Assembly (NCBI RefSeq): GCF_006345805.1 | Contig: NC_042998.1 | Span: 17,360,001 to 17,424,000 of the forward strand | Direction: 5' to 3' | Length of the DNA stretch: 64,000 nt | Source: Octopus sinensis | Lineage: Eukaryota | Shown here: one piece after another, positions 26,288 through 37,468 of the stretch | How the letters are laid out: every line of letters begins with the position of its first letter | How positions within the stretch are numbered: the first letter of the stretch is position 1 | Notes under the pieces: model-generated | Database searches by the model: none | Told to the model about the DNA's origin: nothing | The model's input: the letters and a program-made list of their open reading frames with translations, nothing else | Translations under genes and position numbers: made by a program

Positions 26288-27040
26288 ATATATATGTTTA
26301 TGCATGAACATATGTCCCTTTAACATACATCCATAATAATTTTAAATACTTTGATAAGTCTTTTGACTCCTCATCCTATATTCTATGGATTTAACATATT
26401 TCAAACTCATATTTATACAGCTCTTATAGATTATAATTTCAACATTTACATTCGTTTGCTTCTTCACGAAGGTGATATTTCCCTTTGTAATTATATCGCA
26501 TTCATCAATTTGTCGGAATACATTAGTTCTTTGATGTTTCTTCGTCTCTGCCTATCAGCAATTCTAATCAAGTATTGAAGTGACACCCATCTCTATAAAC
26601 TACTGTATTAAGTAAACCAAAGCCCACCTGTAAAATTAAGTCGCAGCAAAGTCATTCGTTATGATGTTAATCAAATTTTCAGTTAAAAATGAGACAACAT
26701 GAACATAAATAGCACATAAGAATCATGCAATCAACTATGCAGATGTATGTAGATGACAATTTGTAGGCGTAGAATTTTAGAGGGTAAAATAATTGCTATG
26801 TTTAAGTGAAAGGGGGTTATATTAACATACAGACATACATACAGAGATACACACAAACTCAAGCATACAGTCACATGATATATATAAATATATGCGTGTA
26901 TGTCTGTATGTATATGAGTATGTGTATGGGTATGTGTAAGCATGCATTGTATTAAATTATTACACATAACAAATAGTTACTAAAACCTCAATGTAATTGT
27001 CAAATTATCATTAAAAGTAGCAATATATTAATATTATAAT

Positions 27041-27335
27041 GCGGCGAGCTGGCAGAATCGTTAGCACGCCGGGCGAAATGCTAAGCGATATTTCGTCTGC
27101 CGCTACGTTCTGAGTTCAAATTCTGCCAAGGTCGGATAAATTAAGTACCTGTTACGCACTGGCGACGATGTCATCGACTTAATCCGTTTGTCTGCCCTTG
27201 TTTGTCCCCTCTATATTTAGCCCCATGTGGGTAATAAAGAAACAGGTATTCCGTCTGCCGTTACGTTCTGGATTCAAATTCCCCCGAAGTTGATTTTGTA
27301 TGTTTAGCTCCCTGTGGGCAATAAAGAAATAAGTA
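27041..27335 (+). mobile_element. SINE family A plus partial tandem duplicate
   Basis: gcggcgagctggcagaatcgttagcacg...; second B-box and tail at 27250-27335. Confidence 0.9.
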
Positions 27336-27406
27336 TATTAATATTATTCTTCGTTTTTTACTTCAAGTTTTTTTCACTTTTTCAATTGCTTTGTGTTTGT
27401 TGTAAT

Positions 27407-27496
27407 TCTTCTTCTTCTTCTTCTTCTTCTTCTTCTTCTTTACCTTCTTCTTCTTCTTCTTCTTCTTCTTTTCTTCTTCTTCTTCTTCTTCTTCTT

Positions 27497-27527
<31 letters not shown>

Positions 27528-27563
27528 TTATTATTATTATTAATATTATTATTATTATTATTA

Positions 27564-27598
<35 letters not shown>

Positions 27599-27601
27599 TT
27601 A

Positions 27602-27638
<37 letters not shown>

Positions 27639-27681
27639 TCATTATTATTATTATTATTATTATCATTATTATTATTATTAA

Positions 27682-27732
<51 letters not shown>

Positions 27733-27752
27733 CATTATTATTATTATTATTA

Positions 27753-27794
<42 letters not shown>

Positions 27795-27925
27795 CATTAT
27801 TATTTATTATTATTATTATTATCATTATTATTATTATTAATATTATTATTATTATTTTTATTATTATTATTATTATATTATTATTATTATTATTATTTTA
27901 TTATTATTATTTTATTATTATTATT
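27407..27925. repeat. (TTC)n then (TTA)n, about 520 bp
   Basis: Direct reading. Confidence 0.97.
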
Positions 27926-28440
27926 GTGCTGTCAGACGGACTTGTCCGAGGTGCACCCAGATTGACGAAACCGTCCTGCTCAACTTCATTCAGTGTCCGA
28001 GCATTGCTGACTCGTGGGGTTATGTTGAAGATCTACTGTCACGTGTGGGAAGTAATGATTTCACAGCCGCCTTCCTTCAATCGGGCAGACAAGGCAGTCT
28101 CTTTTCCTGATGGCTGTGATGAAAGAGGTTGTTTGGTGAACAAGATTGAAAGACTGAGGACAGTTACACTCCTCTTCGGTAGATCGCTCATTGACTTTTT
28201 AAAGTATCAATTGAAAACGAAACTGAGAGTGGAGAAAGAAGTGTTGTCCTCGAGTGAGTTTATAGAAAGGTAGGTAAAAGTTGCGAAAATGGCAAGAGTA
28301 GATGGTATCTCTCGAAGTGTATACCGGAGAAAAATTGGAGAGGGCAATTGCTCCTAAAGTTTCAGGGAAACCTCGCACAGTGGAATTCCTCGATTATCCC
28401 TAGAGGCGTTCCTGTATCAGGAGGACCACATCTCCACCAT
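27926..28440 (+). mobile_element. Tx1-like LINE 3' fragment (same family as 14090-16190)
   Basis: gtgctgtcagacggac...gaaaccgtcctgc matches 15500-15560; FGRSLIDFLKYQLK vs FGPSLINFF. Confidence 0.85.
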
Positions 28441-28464
28441 CCACCCACCCTATTTTTTTTTAGG

Positions 28465-29690
28465 TTTGTATACTAGATGTCTTGCAAACAACTTGCACAT
28501 GCAAGTGCTACCAGTTAAAAGCTCCGTATACCGGAAGCTAGCAAGTGTATGGGGTTATCAGGAGAGAATGCGCGCCATTTCGGGGCCTACCTCTCGACGG
28601 CATCAATGCGCACCGGCCCCCCTCACTGATATGAGGCCCCGCTTGCTAGATCAGCTGGTTATGAAGAACTCAATATACTTCTAGCCATCGCTCATCGTCT
28701 CTTTTTAACCAAATCCAGTGGCTAGCCTTCTCCACTGTAGATTGGATATCGGTCATGGTGGTATTGACTTTACGATGAGTTAGGTCTGGCGATAACAACA
28801 GTCGTCTCACGCTGTGTCCAACAAACCCTCTGCATCCGACTCCGATAGGAAAATGTTCCGCTTTCCAGCCTGCGTCTTCACTTCCTGGTTGGTCCACACT
28901 TTCCTTTCTCTAGTCGGATATTCTCTTTTATTCCAAATAAATATTTTCCTATATCGTATATTGAGCTTGATAATTTACCCAGTTTCTCCACTGTAGAGCC
29001 TGTCATTTTATAAAGAGCCCGACAAACCTTGTTTTCAAACTCTTTATATTTCCCTTTCTCATTAGCAGCAGGCCACAAAACCCTCGGTTTCCTCTGAGTA
29101 TTATCCGATGCACCAGTTGCATGACTTGTAGTTTCATCACGTGAAGAGGTCTCTGCTGTAGCATTTATCGATCCGCTGTGGTTTGAGTCCGGGGATGATT
29201 TGCCACGTGTTTTACGATCTGACGATCCACACTGCTCTGTCCTCTTCTCACAAGTCTTTCCCTGATGTATCTTCAAGCCTCTCAAAGTTGCAAAGTTTCT
29301 ATAACACAGCTTGCATCCAAAGTTGTTTGTATTTCGTTCGCTGTTCGAATGAATAATCATATTCGTTTCCAATGTCATTCCCATGCTGACTGGGTTTGAT
29401 TGATTCTCGACTCCCCCCTCTCGGTCAATCGTGGGGCTGTCATTTCCAGTTATTTCCGTTACAATATATTACAGAGGCGAGGATTGTAAGTCCAAAGCAT
29501 CCGCCATTCTTTCCTGGTGTCGATAGACTTTCCTATTGTCCGCTCGTCTTTCCGAGCAGTCCTATTGTCTTTCCAAGATGCCTAACCGTCTTTCCGGTTT
29601 GTCAGTGGTTACCTACCACAAGGTCTTAGATGTCTTGCAAACAACTTACACATGCAAGTACTACCAGTTACAAGCTCCGTATACCATATG
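28465..29690 (-). mobile_element. Hero-clade (R2-like, REL) non-LTR element with internal deletion of RT
   Basis: N-terminal C2H2/C2HC-like finger CKLCYRNFATLRGLKIHQGKTC and RKPRVLWPAANE (29384-28878) fused to the C-terminus EDAGWKAEHFPIGVGCRGF..VEKASHWIWLKRDDERW (28880-28670). Confidence 0.85.
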
Positions 29691-29854
29691 TCCCTTCTTT
29701 TCTAGGGTATACCGTCTATACTCTATTTTTATATCTATTTTATTTATATTTTTATTTTTGTTTTTACCATTTCATTATAACATACCAGGCTTTATGTCTG
29801 TCTCTAATTTGTCACCCTCATCCTTCAACCTTGTGGTAAAGGAATGAAACTATT

Positions 29855-29865
29855 ACTAATACTAT

Positions 29866-29912
<47 letters not shown>

Positions 29913-29954
29913 ATAATAATAATAATAATAATAATAATATAATAATAATAATAA

Positions 29955-30001
<47 letters not shown>

Positions 30002-30061
30002 TAATAATACTGCTATTGCTGCTGCTGCTGCTGCTACTACTACTACTACTACTACTACTAC

Positions 30062-30094
<33 letters not shown>

Positions 30095-30217
30095 AACCAC
30101 TACTACTAGTGTTATTATTGTTTCTTTTTATTACAAGTTTTATTGGAACGCCTGGAATATTGCATGCGTAGAGGACTTCCTACCTGCAGCGTACGGTACC
30201 ATGCTAACCGTTTTTCA

Positions 30218-30268
<51 letters not shown>
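29855..30268. repeat. Compound (ACT)/(AAT)/(GCT)/(TAT) tracts
   Basis: Direct reading; about 95 bp of non-repeat at 30120-30215. Confidence 0.9.
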
Positions 30269-30431
30269 TTTTTTTTTCTTCTTTCAAATTTGCTTCCATT
30301 TCTTGCCGAGTGTCTTCCCGACTCCTAGGGCAAAGAACTCATAGTATACATTGGTAGGCCATTAAACCAAACTCAATAGTTCGTTCATTTTTTTTTTTAT
30401 TTAAATTAAAATACATGAGTAGCAACAGTTC

Positions 30432-32660
30432 TCACATCGACAATGCTCTTCTCAATACGTGTGATGTATCAGTTAAGACAATCTTTTGCACTTCTTGCAG
30501 GGATGGTAAGCCAGGGATCATTCTCATATAATTTTCGGTTCCCTTCTTGATCATTCCTAGTGCTCCTACGATCACTGGTATTGTAACCGCCTTGAGATGC
30601 CACATTTTCTCAATTTCAATGAGTAGGTCTTTATATTTTCTGAGCTTGTCAAACTCTTTCGCTGAGATATTATGATCACAGGGGATGCTCATGTCGATCA
30701 ATAAGCAAACTTTATTGTTTTGGTCTTTCACAACAATATCTGGTTTATTGGCCTTGATGGTTCGGTCTGTATGTACTGGAAAGTCCCACAGAATGGTTAC
30801 ATTTTCTCCTTCAGTTACAGCCTCAGGGTGGTGATTATACCACTTGTCGGCAATTTTGATATTGTAATGCCGACTTATTAGCCAGTGGAGATATTGGCCA
30901 ACTCTGTCATGTCTTAATTTATACTCCACTGGTGCTAAGACTTTACATCCAGAGATTAGGTGGTCCACTGTTTCAATCATGTCGTTGCAGAATCGGCATT
31001 TTGGGTCTGCTCCATTTTTCATCACATTGGCCTGGTAGTTCCGGGTTAATAGGCTTTGATCTTGAGCAGCCAGGATGAAACCTTCGCTCTCTGCTTTTAG
31101 TCCTGAGCTCCGTAGCCACTGATGGGTTTGCTTCTGGTCAACATCAGCTTGTTTGCTGCGGGTCACATATTTGCCGTGCAGAGGTTTCTCCTCCCACCTA
31201 TCAGCCAATTGCTCGTGCGCTTTCTTCATTGCCATCATTTTCATCTTCTTTGCAACAATAGTTGCCGTACTTCCCTCGGGTTGTTCAGTTTGGGTATCCT
31301 GCACGAGATCAATAGCAAATTTTTTGCTTTCCTTTATTATAGAATGAAGCTTCTTTCGTCTCTCGTGATTTTCCACGAGCTTTAGCATCCAGTCATTCGA
31401 TATTTCGAGATATTTGGCCAGTCCAATTGTGGTTGTTTTGTAAGCTAGTTCAAATTGGATCAGGCCTCGACCTCCTTGGGCTCTGGGAAGGTAAAGGCGA
31501 TCTACGTCTGCCTTTGGGTGGTGCATCCTATTACAACTCAGCAGCTTGCGTATATTTCTATCTATATTCTTTACTTCACTCATATTCCAGTTCAACACAT
31601 TGTAGCTATAAGTAACAACTGGAACTGCTAAGGAATTTATAGCTAACACCTTGTTACGTGCATTTAGTTCAGATTTCAGGACTGCACGGACTCTCCTATA
31701 ACATTCCTTCCTGATTTTCTCTTTCATGCTTGCATGCTGAATACCAGAGCCTTCATTTATCCCTAAATATTTGTATGTTTGTTCTTGCTCAAGCTCTCTT
31801 ATGACTGTGTCAACATCTAACACGACTGAATTTGTGATCTTCACTTTCCCTTTATGGAAACTTCCCTTGGCACACTTCTCAAGTCCAAACTCCATCCCGA
31901 TGTCATCGCTGAATGCTTTCACGGTGCGCAATAGGCCTTCAAGTTCATTATTGTCTTTACCATAATGTTTTAAGTCATCCATATAAAATAGATGGCTTAT
32001 TTTTTTATTGGCAATTTTATACCCTGTTCTGTTTAATTCACTTGTAAGGGGTATTAGGGCTATGCAGAATATTAAAGGTGAAAGTGAGTCACCTTGAAAA
32101 ATTCCACAGTTGATGTTTATATTTTCTGAGGCAAGTACTCCATTAGAGTGGTATAATAGGAGATTCGTATTCCACAACGACATATTGTGCTTCAGGAAGT
32201 TTGAGATCACAGGGGAAATTTTGAAGATGTCCAGCGATCTCAAGATCCATGGATGCGGTATACTGTCGAAGGCCTTTTTGTAGTCAATCCATGCGGTGCT
32301 GAGATTTCTGCGCTTGTTGTGACAGTTCTCAAGGATCATACGATTGATTAGCAGTTGATCTTTGCATCCGTAAGAGCCTCGGCGGCACCCTTTTTGTTCA
32401 ATGGGGAAAATATCGTTCTTCTCCATGAATACATATGTTTTCTCCGCCAGGATAGATGTTAGGATTTTATACGTGGTGGATAGCCAGGTTATAGGCCGAT
32501 AGTTTTTTGGAAGGTTGGTTTCGTTATTCTTTGGGAGTAGGTAAGTAATGCCACTTGCTAACCATTCAGGTGTTTTCTTTGGGTCTCTCATAATTCCATT
32601 GAGCAGCTGAACTAGCTTACCGTGTGCGCATGGGAGCGATGCGAGCCAGAAATCCGGCAC
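30432..32660 (-). CDS. Dong/R4 ORF, RT + CCHC + restriction-like endonuclease part (742 aa)
   Basis: NYRPIT, EQKGC, WIDYKKAFDSIPH, GIFQGDSLSP, YMDD, YKYLG, CRFCNDMIETVDHLISGC, KPDIVVKD..LIDMSIP..KEFDKLRKY. Confidence 0.95.
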   Translation of the reverse strand: MPDFWLASLPCAHGKLVQLLNGIMRDPKKTPEWLASGITYLLPKNNETNLPKNYRPITWLSTTYKILTSILAEKTYVFMEKNDIFPIEQKGCRRGSYGCKDQLLINRMILENCHNKRRNLSTAWIDYKKAFDSIPHPWILRSLDIFKISPVISNFLKHNMSLWNTNLLLYHSNGVLASENININCGIFQGDSLSPLIFCIALIPLTSELNRTGYKIANKKISHLFYMDDLKHYGKDNNELEGLLRTVKAFSDDIGMEFGLEKCAKGSFHKGKVKITNSVVLDVDTVIRELEQEQTYKYLGINEGSGIQHASMKEKIRKECYRRVRAVLKSELNARNKVLAINSLAVPVVTYSYNVLNWNMSEVKNIDRNIRKLLSCNRMHHPKADVDRLYLPRAQGGRGLIQFELAYKTTTIGLAKYLEISNDWMLKLVENHERRKKLHSIIKESKKFAIDLVQDTQTEQPEGSTATIVAKKMKMMAMKKAHEQLADRWEEKPLHGKYVTRSKQADVDQKQTHQWLRSSGLKAESEGFILAAQDQSLLTRNYQANVMKNGADPKCRFCNDMIETVDHLISGCKVLAPVEYKLRHDRVGQYLHWLISRHYNIKIADKWYNHHPEAVTEGENVTILWDFPVHTDRTIKANKPDIVVKDQNNKVCLLIDMSIPCDHNISAKEFDKLRKYKDLLIEIEKMWHLKAVTIPVIVGALGMIKKGTENYMRMIPGLPSLQEVQKIVLTDTSHVLRRALSM

Positions 32661-32847
32661 CCTATCTTTACCGGGGGATTTCCAATTATGGGCCTTCGTG
32701 AGTGCCTTTCTTAGGTCTGCTATTGTGATGTCTTCCCATGCTTGTTGTAAATTTTGGTACGATCCTTCAGTTTGTATAATTCAGTCTGCATTTATGTTGT
32801 ACGTCTTCTTGTCACTCCAAATCCTTTTCCAAAAGTTTTGAACTCTT

Positions 32848-33969
32848 CTATGGGAGGGGGGGGTCTTTAACGGTTACTTTCTCCTTCCCTATTTCTCTGT
32901 AGAATTTTTTGGCATTGGATGTGAACAGCTTATTTTGCTTGTAAAACTTGTTTCTCTTCTCAAATCTTCGTATTCTTTGGGCTTTTGCTTGGACTTTTTG
33001 TTTCAGCGTTTCTTTTATTGATATCAGTTCTTCTCTTGGTGAGGATCCAAATTTTCTCTTCATCTTTCTTCCTGTTCTGGATCTTACATCATTTCCACAT
33101 ATTAGTTCATTTAATATTGATATTTCCCCTCTCATAAATTCAATCTCTTTTTCAATTTTACTTCTCCAGGTTTGATTTCTTCCCAGGTTTTGTTTTCTTT
33201 GTTTTTTCGGGGGCATACAGCTGGTTTCAATTGCCCTAGCAGAAGCGTAAATAATTTCATTTAACTCAGTAAAATCAGGTTTTAATTCTCGTATTATTTC
33301 ATTTGTTACATAGTTGCCAATTTGGATTTGTTTTTTATTTTGGTTTGTATTTGAGAGTTTATGAAGTGGTTCTCTATCATTCATACTTGTATGTCTTACA
33401 ACTTCAAGCGTATTCAGGATTTTCTGCCTCATTTCTGCCATAGACTCTCTGTGTTCTTCAGCAAATGCGAGATCTTCAGTTACTGTTGTTTTTTCGTTTT
33501 CCTGACTATCTTTAACAGGTACAATAGAATTTCTTGTATCTTCAGACCTTTGCGCACTTTGGTCAGATGGCAGTCTTTCAATTAAGCCTCGTAGCGGGCT
33601 ATACTGTTCATCTGATTCTTCATTTCCTTTGTGTCTTATATTTATGTCATTTTCTGTTGCGTGCTTGATCGCGCTTATTTCACTGTCTCTGAGTCTGTTA
33701 TTTCTAAGGATATCCCTCCTCACATTTGCTAATTTGTTCTCGTCCAAATAGGGCCTACTGTCTTGATTCCGTGTTCTCCATATACTGTAAGAGTTTGCGG
33801 TGTGTCTCTCTTGAGATGGCCTACCTAATGCATAGTAATAAGCGTATATTACTCCTTTATACTCTTCTCGGGTCCATTTGTTCCGCTTACATTTTTCTTT
33901 CTGTGGTGGTTGTGGTGGTGAACTTGGAGGGCTCGAGTTGGGGGATTTCCCGTTCAAGTAACCATCCAT
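32848..33969 (-). CDS. Dong/R4 ORF N-terminal part (373 aa), frameshifted from the RT part
   Basis: ATG a few nt from the element 5' end; KRNKWTREEY, LDENKLANVRRDIL, LKQKVQAKAQRIRRFEKRNKFYKQNKLF. Confidence 0.9.
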   Translation of the reverse strand: MDGYLNGKSPNSSPPSSPPQPPQKEKCKRNKWTREEYKGVIYAYYYALGRPSQERHTANSYSIWRTRNQDSRPYLDENKLANVRRDILRNNRLRDSEISAIKHATENDINIRHKGNEESDEQYSPLRGLIERLPSDQSAQRSEDTRNSIVPVKDSQENEKTTVTEDLAFAEEHRESMAEMRQKILNTLEVVRHTSMNDREPLHKLSNTNQNKKQIQIGNYVTNEIIRELKPDFTELNEIIYASARAIETSCMPPKKQRKQNLGRNQTWRSKIEKEIEFMRGEISILNELICGNDVRSRTGRKMKRKFGSSPREELISIKETLKQKVQAKAQRIRRFEKRNKFYKQNKLFTSNAKKFYREIGKEKVTVKDPPLP

Positions 33970-33973
33970 GTCC

Positions 33974-34038
<65 letters not shown>

Positions 34039-34389
34039 TTATTTCAATTTATTATTAAAATGTATTATTAAAAATTGTTTAGTTTCAACTTGTCTTGTAC
34101 ATGAGTTAATCATAAATTTTTTAGGGATGAAGGAAATAGTAAGAGGAAGGAAAGCAGGTTGGTGGATCGCCCTAATTCTACAGACCTGTAAACAGATTCC
34201 GCTGATGGTGAGGGGATCAGCAATAAGGAGACAAAAGACGCTTCACATCTTTGGGGTCAGCAGAGGTCAAATGTGTTTATTACTACTGGCGATCAAAGAG
34301 AGCGGTAACCTTGGCCTTAAAAAGAACAATTCACCATGTTCTATTTTTAAATACTGATGGAAAAATAATTACATATATATAGACTGATA

Positions 34390-34775
34390 GGCGCACGATT
34401 GGCTGTGTGGTAAGTAGCTTGCTTACCAACCACATGGTTCCGGGTTCAGTCCTACTGCGTGGCACCTTGGGCAAGTGTCTTCTACTATAGCTTCGGGCCG
34501 ACTAAAGCCTTGTGATTGGATTTGGTAGATGGAATAGGAAAGAAGCCCGTCGTATATATGTATATATATATAGTTAATCCAAACAAAAAAGCACAAAATA
34601 TACACATATATACACATATATATATATGTATGTAAGTGTGTGTATGTTTGTATGTCTTTTTTGTCCCCCCCCATCATCGCTTGACAACCGATGGTGGTGT
34701 GTGTTAACGTCCCTGTAACTTAGCGGTTCGGCAAAAGAGACCGATAGAATAAGTACTAGGCTTACAAAGAATAAT
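34390..34775 (+). mobile_element. SINE family B, 3'-truncated; carries an H1-like end fragment inside its (TA)n
   Basis: Family B head; gttaatccaaacaaaaaagcacaaaa at 34573 is the reverse complement of the 50106 module end. Confidence 0.85.
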
Positions 34776-34799
34776 CTCTGGCCTGGCAGTACTACCTGG

Positions 34800-35150
34800 G
34801 CGCTTTGCCTGTTCATGATAATATTTACGGGCACGAAAGCATCGTAAGCTGAGCATGACCATAATGCGCACTGGACGAAGAGCATTAATGTCATGTGGGT
34901 TTATATCGAACACTTGCCGTCGAGTATGGGACGGATCCGTCTGTCAACTGAATCCATTGTGAAGATCGCCCCGCCACATTCCTTTAACCGGGAAGGAAAG
35001 GTTGTTTTTATATGCCAGGTGGCCATGGCGGAAGAAATTGTGTGGTGGACGAGATTGAAAGGACCGGAAAGAAACAATTTTGTCTTTGTCCAAGTTCGCA
35101 TATATTTGGTTATGTAACTGTTTTCCCTGCATTATGAGCTATTGTGTTTC
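34800..35150 (+). mobile_element. Tx1-like LINE C-terminal fragment
   Basis: WVYIEHL..RIRLSTESIVKIAPP..WTRLKG matches WSYVEQL..IRLSAESIVKIFPP..CTRLKG at 15590-15760. Confidence 0.85.
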
Positions 35151-36258
35151 CTGAGGTGATATATGAATATTGTTTATATATATATATATAGAGAGAGAGG
35201 GGGGAGGGATTGTTTGGGACCAGATAACCAATGCTAAATTTAGGTTTTTTTATATGAAATTCCCAAGTCAAAATTGATATCTCTGTTTAGCGTCACTGAC
35301 TGAAGCCGAAATGAGCATTTAATACTATCACATTTATTTGGATATTACATCTCTTGCTGGATCGCATGATGCCAAATTATTAATATTTACATATTTTATC
35401 CTTCCACATTGCCCTTGCTGCATTCTTTAGCAGCATATTATTTCTTTAAAATGTTCCAATTTTCTTTTCTTTTATCTTGTGCTTACTAATATTTTTTAAA
35501 GCATTTGCTTTATGGCTGTTAATTTAAAAACGTTTTTTTTTTTTACCTTCGATAATATATATTTTTTTTAACAGTAATAACAATATTCTTTTTCAATATT
35601 TTTAGTTTGGTGTTTCGTATTTCCTTTTTCATTTTCATATTTCATATTCGGTTTGCTGTTGTTAATTTTCCGTTGTTCCAAATAATATAAGCTGACTGCA
35701 GTTTACACAATGACACGCCTTTGAATTTATAACATTAAACTTCTCTCTGAGTCTAGCAATTTCTTCTATAATTATACATATCTAGGAAAGTTAGATTTAA
35801 AATTGTGACACTTCCTTACTTGGATAATGATTTGAATACTTCAGCTGCTGCGTTAATTTGGGGTTTTAATATTAGCTGAATTTTATGTAATCATTTCTAA
35901 AAATTCACAGTAATTTCTCTATGATTCATTTACTTCAAATAATGGGTATGCATGTTCGCGTGTTAATTATCTCGCCACGTTTACATATATTATGCTGCAT
36001 TATACTTTAATATTTTTATCTATAGTTACTTGCGTAATGATTAATAAACACACAGGCAAATCGAGATCTGAAACTTATCCTCCCTGAAGAAAGAATTTCT
36101 AGCATAATTAAAAATAATTAAAAGCTACTATATTTTCAAAATGCTGACGAAGAATTATTACAAAACAGTTTTCATTGGCAGCCTACATACATTCTTCTGC
36201 ACTTATATTAGTACATACATAAATACTTAAATACGTTCATACATTATATATATATATA

Positions 36259-36452
36259 GGGAGAATGCACAAAATAACAAAACACGAAGACAGGTTGTGT
36301 AGACAACAAAAAAGATGTATTAGTTTAACGCTCGGGAAGTGAAAAAGTCTCTAACGATTTGGGCCTACACTCTTCCATAGAAAGGAATACAGAAAGAAAC
36401 AAGGAGAGAAAATAATGAATGCGTAGTGGCTAGTGATCTATTATGGCAAATT
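36259..36452 (-). mobile_element. Family H1 module, degenerate ribozyme core
   Basis: Colinear with 23972-24163; core decayed to CTATGGAA-GAGT-gtag-GCCC-AAAT-CG-TT. Confidence 0.8.
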
Positions 36453-36469
36453 ACATATATATATATAAC

Positions 36470-36516
<47 letters not shown>

Positions 36517-36656
36517 GGTCCGTCGGTTACGACGTCGAGGGTCCCAGCTGATACGAACAACGTGAAATAAAGTGTCTTACTCAAGGACACACCGCGTCTC
36601 TGGGAATTCAACTCATGACGTTACGATGGTGAACCGAATGCCCTAACCACACGCCT

Positions 36657-36660
<4 letters not shown>
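36517..36660 (-). mobile_element. SINE family C-related, internally deleted
   Basis: ccgtcggttacgacg tail and tgtcttactcaaggacac..gggaattcaactc head. Confidence 0.7.
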
Positions 36661-36694
<34 letters not shown>

Positions 36695-36800
36695 GAAATG
36701 AGGTAATCAGAAGATCGGATGGTTCATATTTATAGATATTTATTTATATATTACATTTTTTACATATATATATCATATCATTCAGATCATATCATTCAGA

Positions 36801-36839
36801 TTATTAGCGCTTTCTCCCATTCTAGTGGGGTTTTCAAAT

Positions 36840-36841
<2 letters not shown>
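36801..36841 (-). ncRNA. Hammerhead-like motif, U3-A8 variant, in a (TA)n-embedded module (about 36690-36845)
   Basis: TTGAAAA-C-CCCA-ctagaa-TGGG-A-GAAA-GCGC-TA-ATAA; palindromic AGCGCT helix III; weak stem I. Confidence 0.45.
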
Positions 36842-36924
<83 letters not shown>

Positions 36925-37127
36925 TCTGTCCAGCCAGCCGCTATGTTTTAACGCTAGCTCCAAATTTTTTTGTTATTCTCTCTCTGTTTACTTCCTTGTG
37001 TTCCTTTCAGTTGAGAGCGTAGCCTCGAAACGTAAAATACTTTCTTACCTTCCAGAGCCTTCGACTAATACAGCTGTTTGTTGTTTATACACCTTTGTTC
37101 GTTTATTGTTTTTCTCTAAATTTCAAT
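36925..37127 (+). mobile_element. Family H1 module; hammerhead-like core at 37005-37037
   Basis: TTT-CAGTTGA-GAG-cgtagc-CTC-GAAA-CG-TA-AAA; downstream ctaatacagctgtttgttgtttatacacc shared with H1. Confidence 0.75.
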
Positions 37128-37468
37128 TATATATATATATATGGAAATAATAATATTTCTAAGTCTCTCTAAAGGAGACTACGCCAGCACTAAATTATTA
37201 ACAACGTAAAAAGTAATATATATGTATATAGTATATGAGGGGTTTACTTCACTGATGATCTAAATGAATAGGTACGCTGTGTAAATCCTATAATTGGTCA
37301 TCCGTTAGATTCCAATTCGCAGCTGAGACTGTAGATGGTGATCCGTATTAGGCTTCCGAGTTAGCAGGTATCTATTAGAAGAAAGAGGACAACAAATTCA
37401 AGGCCGGACGAATATCCCAGGTCACGTAGTGTGTTTAATTAGAGTAAGGTGATTTAGAAGTAATTAGA

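Larger units (their letters stand above)
30268..33974 (-). mobile_element. Near-full-length R4/Dong-clade non-LTR retrotransposon inserted in (TAA)n
   Basis: Single long ORF (broken once near 32850-32790), RT, CCHC and PD-(D/E)xK endonuclease; (TAA)n on both flanks; A-rich 3' end. Confidence 0.97.

Noticed and set aside
28555-28660. Hammerhead in the Hero 3' UTR (GGCCCC-GAAA-TG-gcgcg-CA-TT..CTGATAA)
   Set aside because: Core and stem II cannot be arranged in any hammerhead topology, although a GGGGCC/GGCCCC stem exists
24669-34058. Antisense ORFs inside the CR1 and Dong elements (for example 24669-25106, 31122-31385, 33726-34058)
   Set aside because: Shadow frames of coding sequence on the opposite strand
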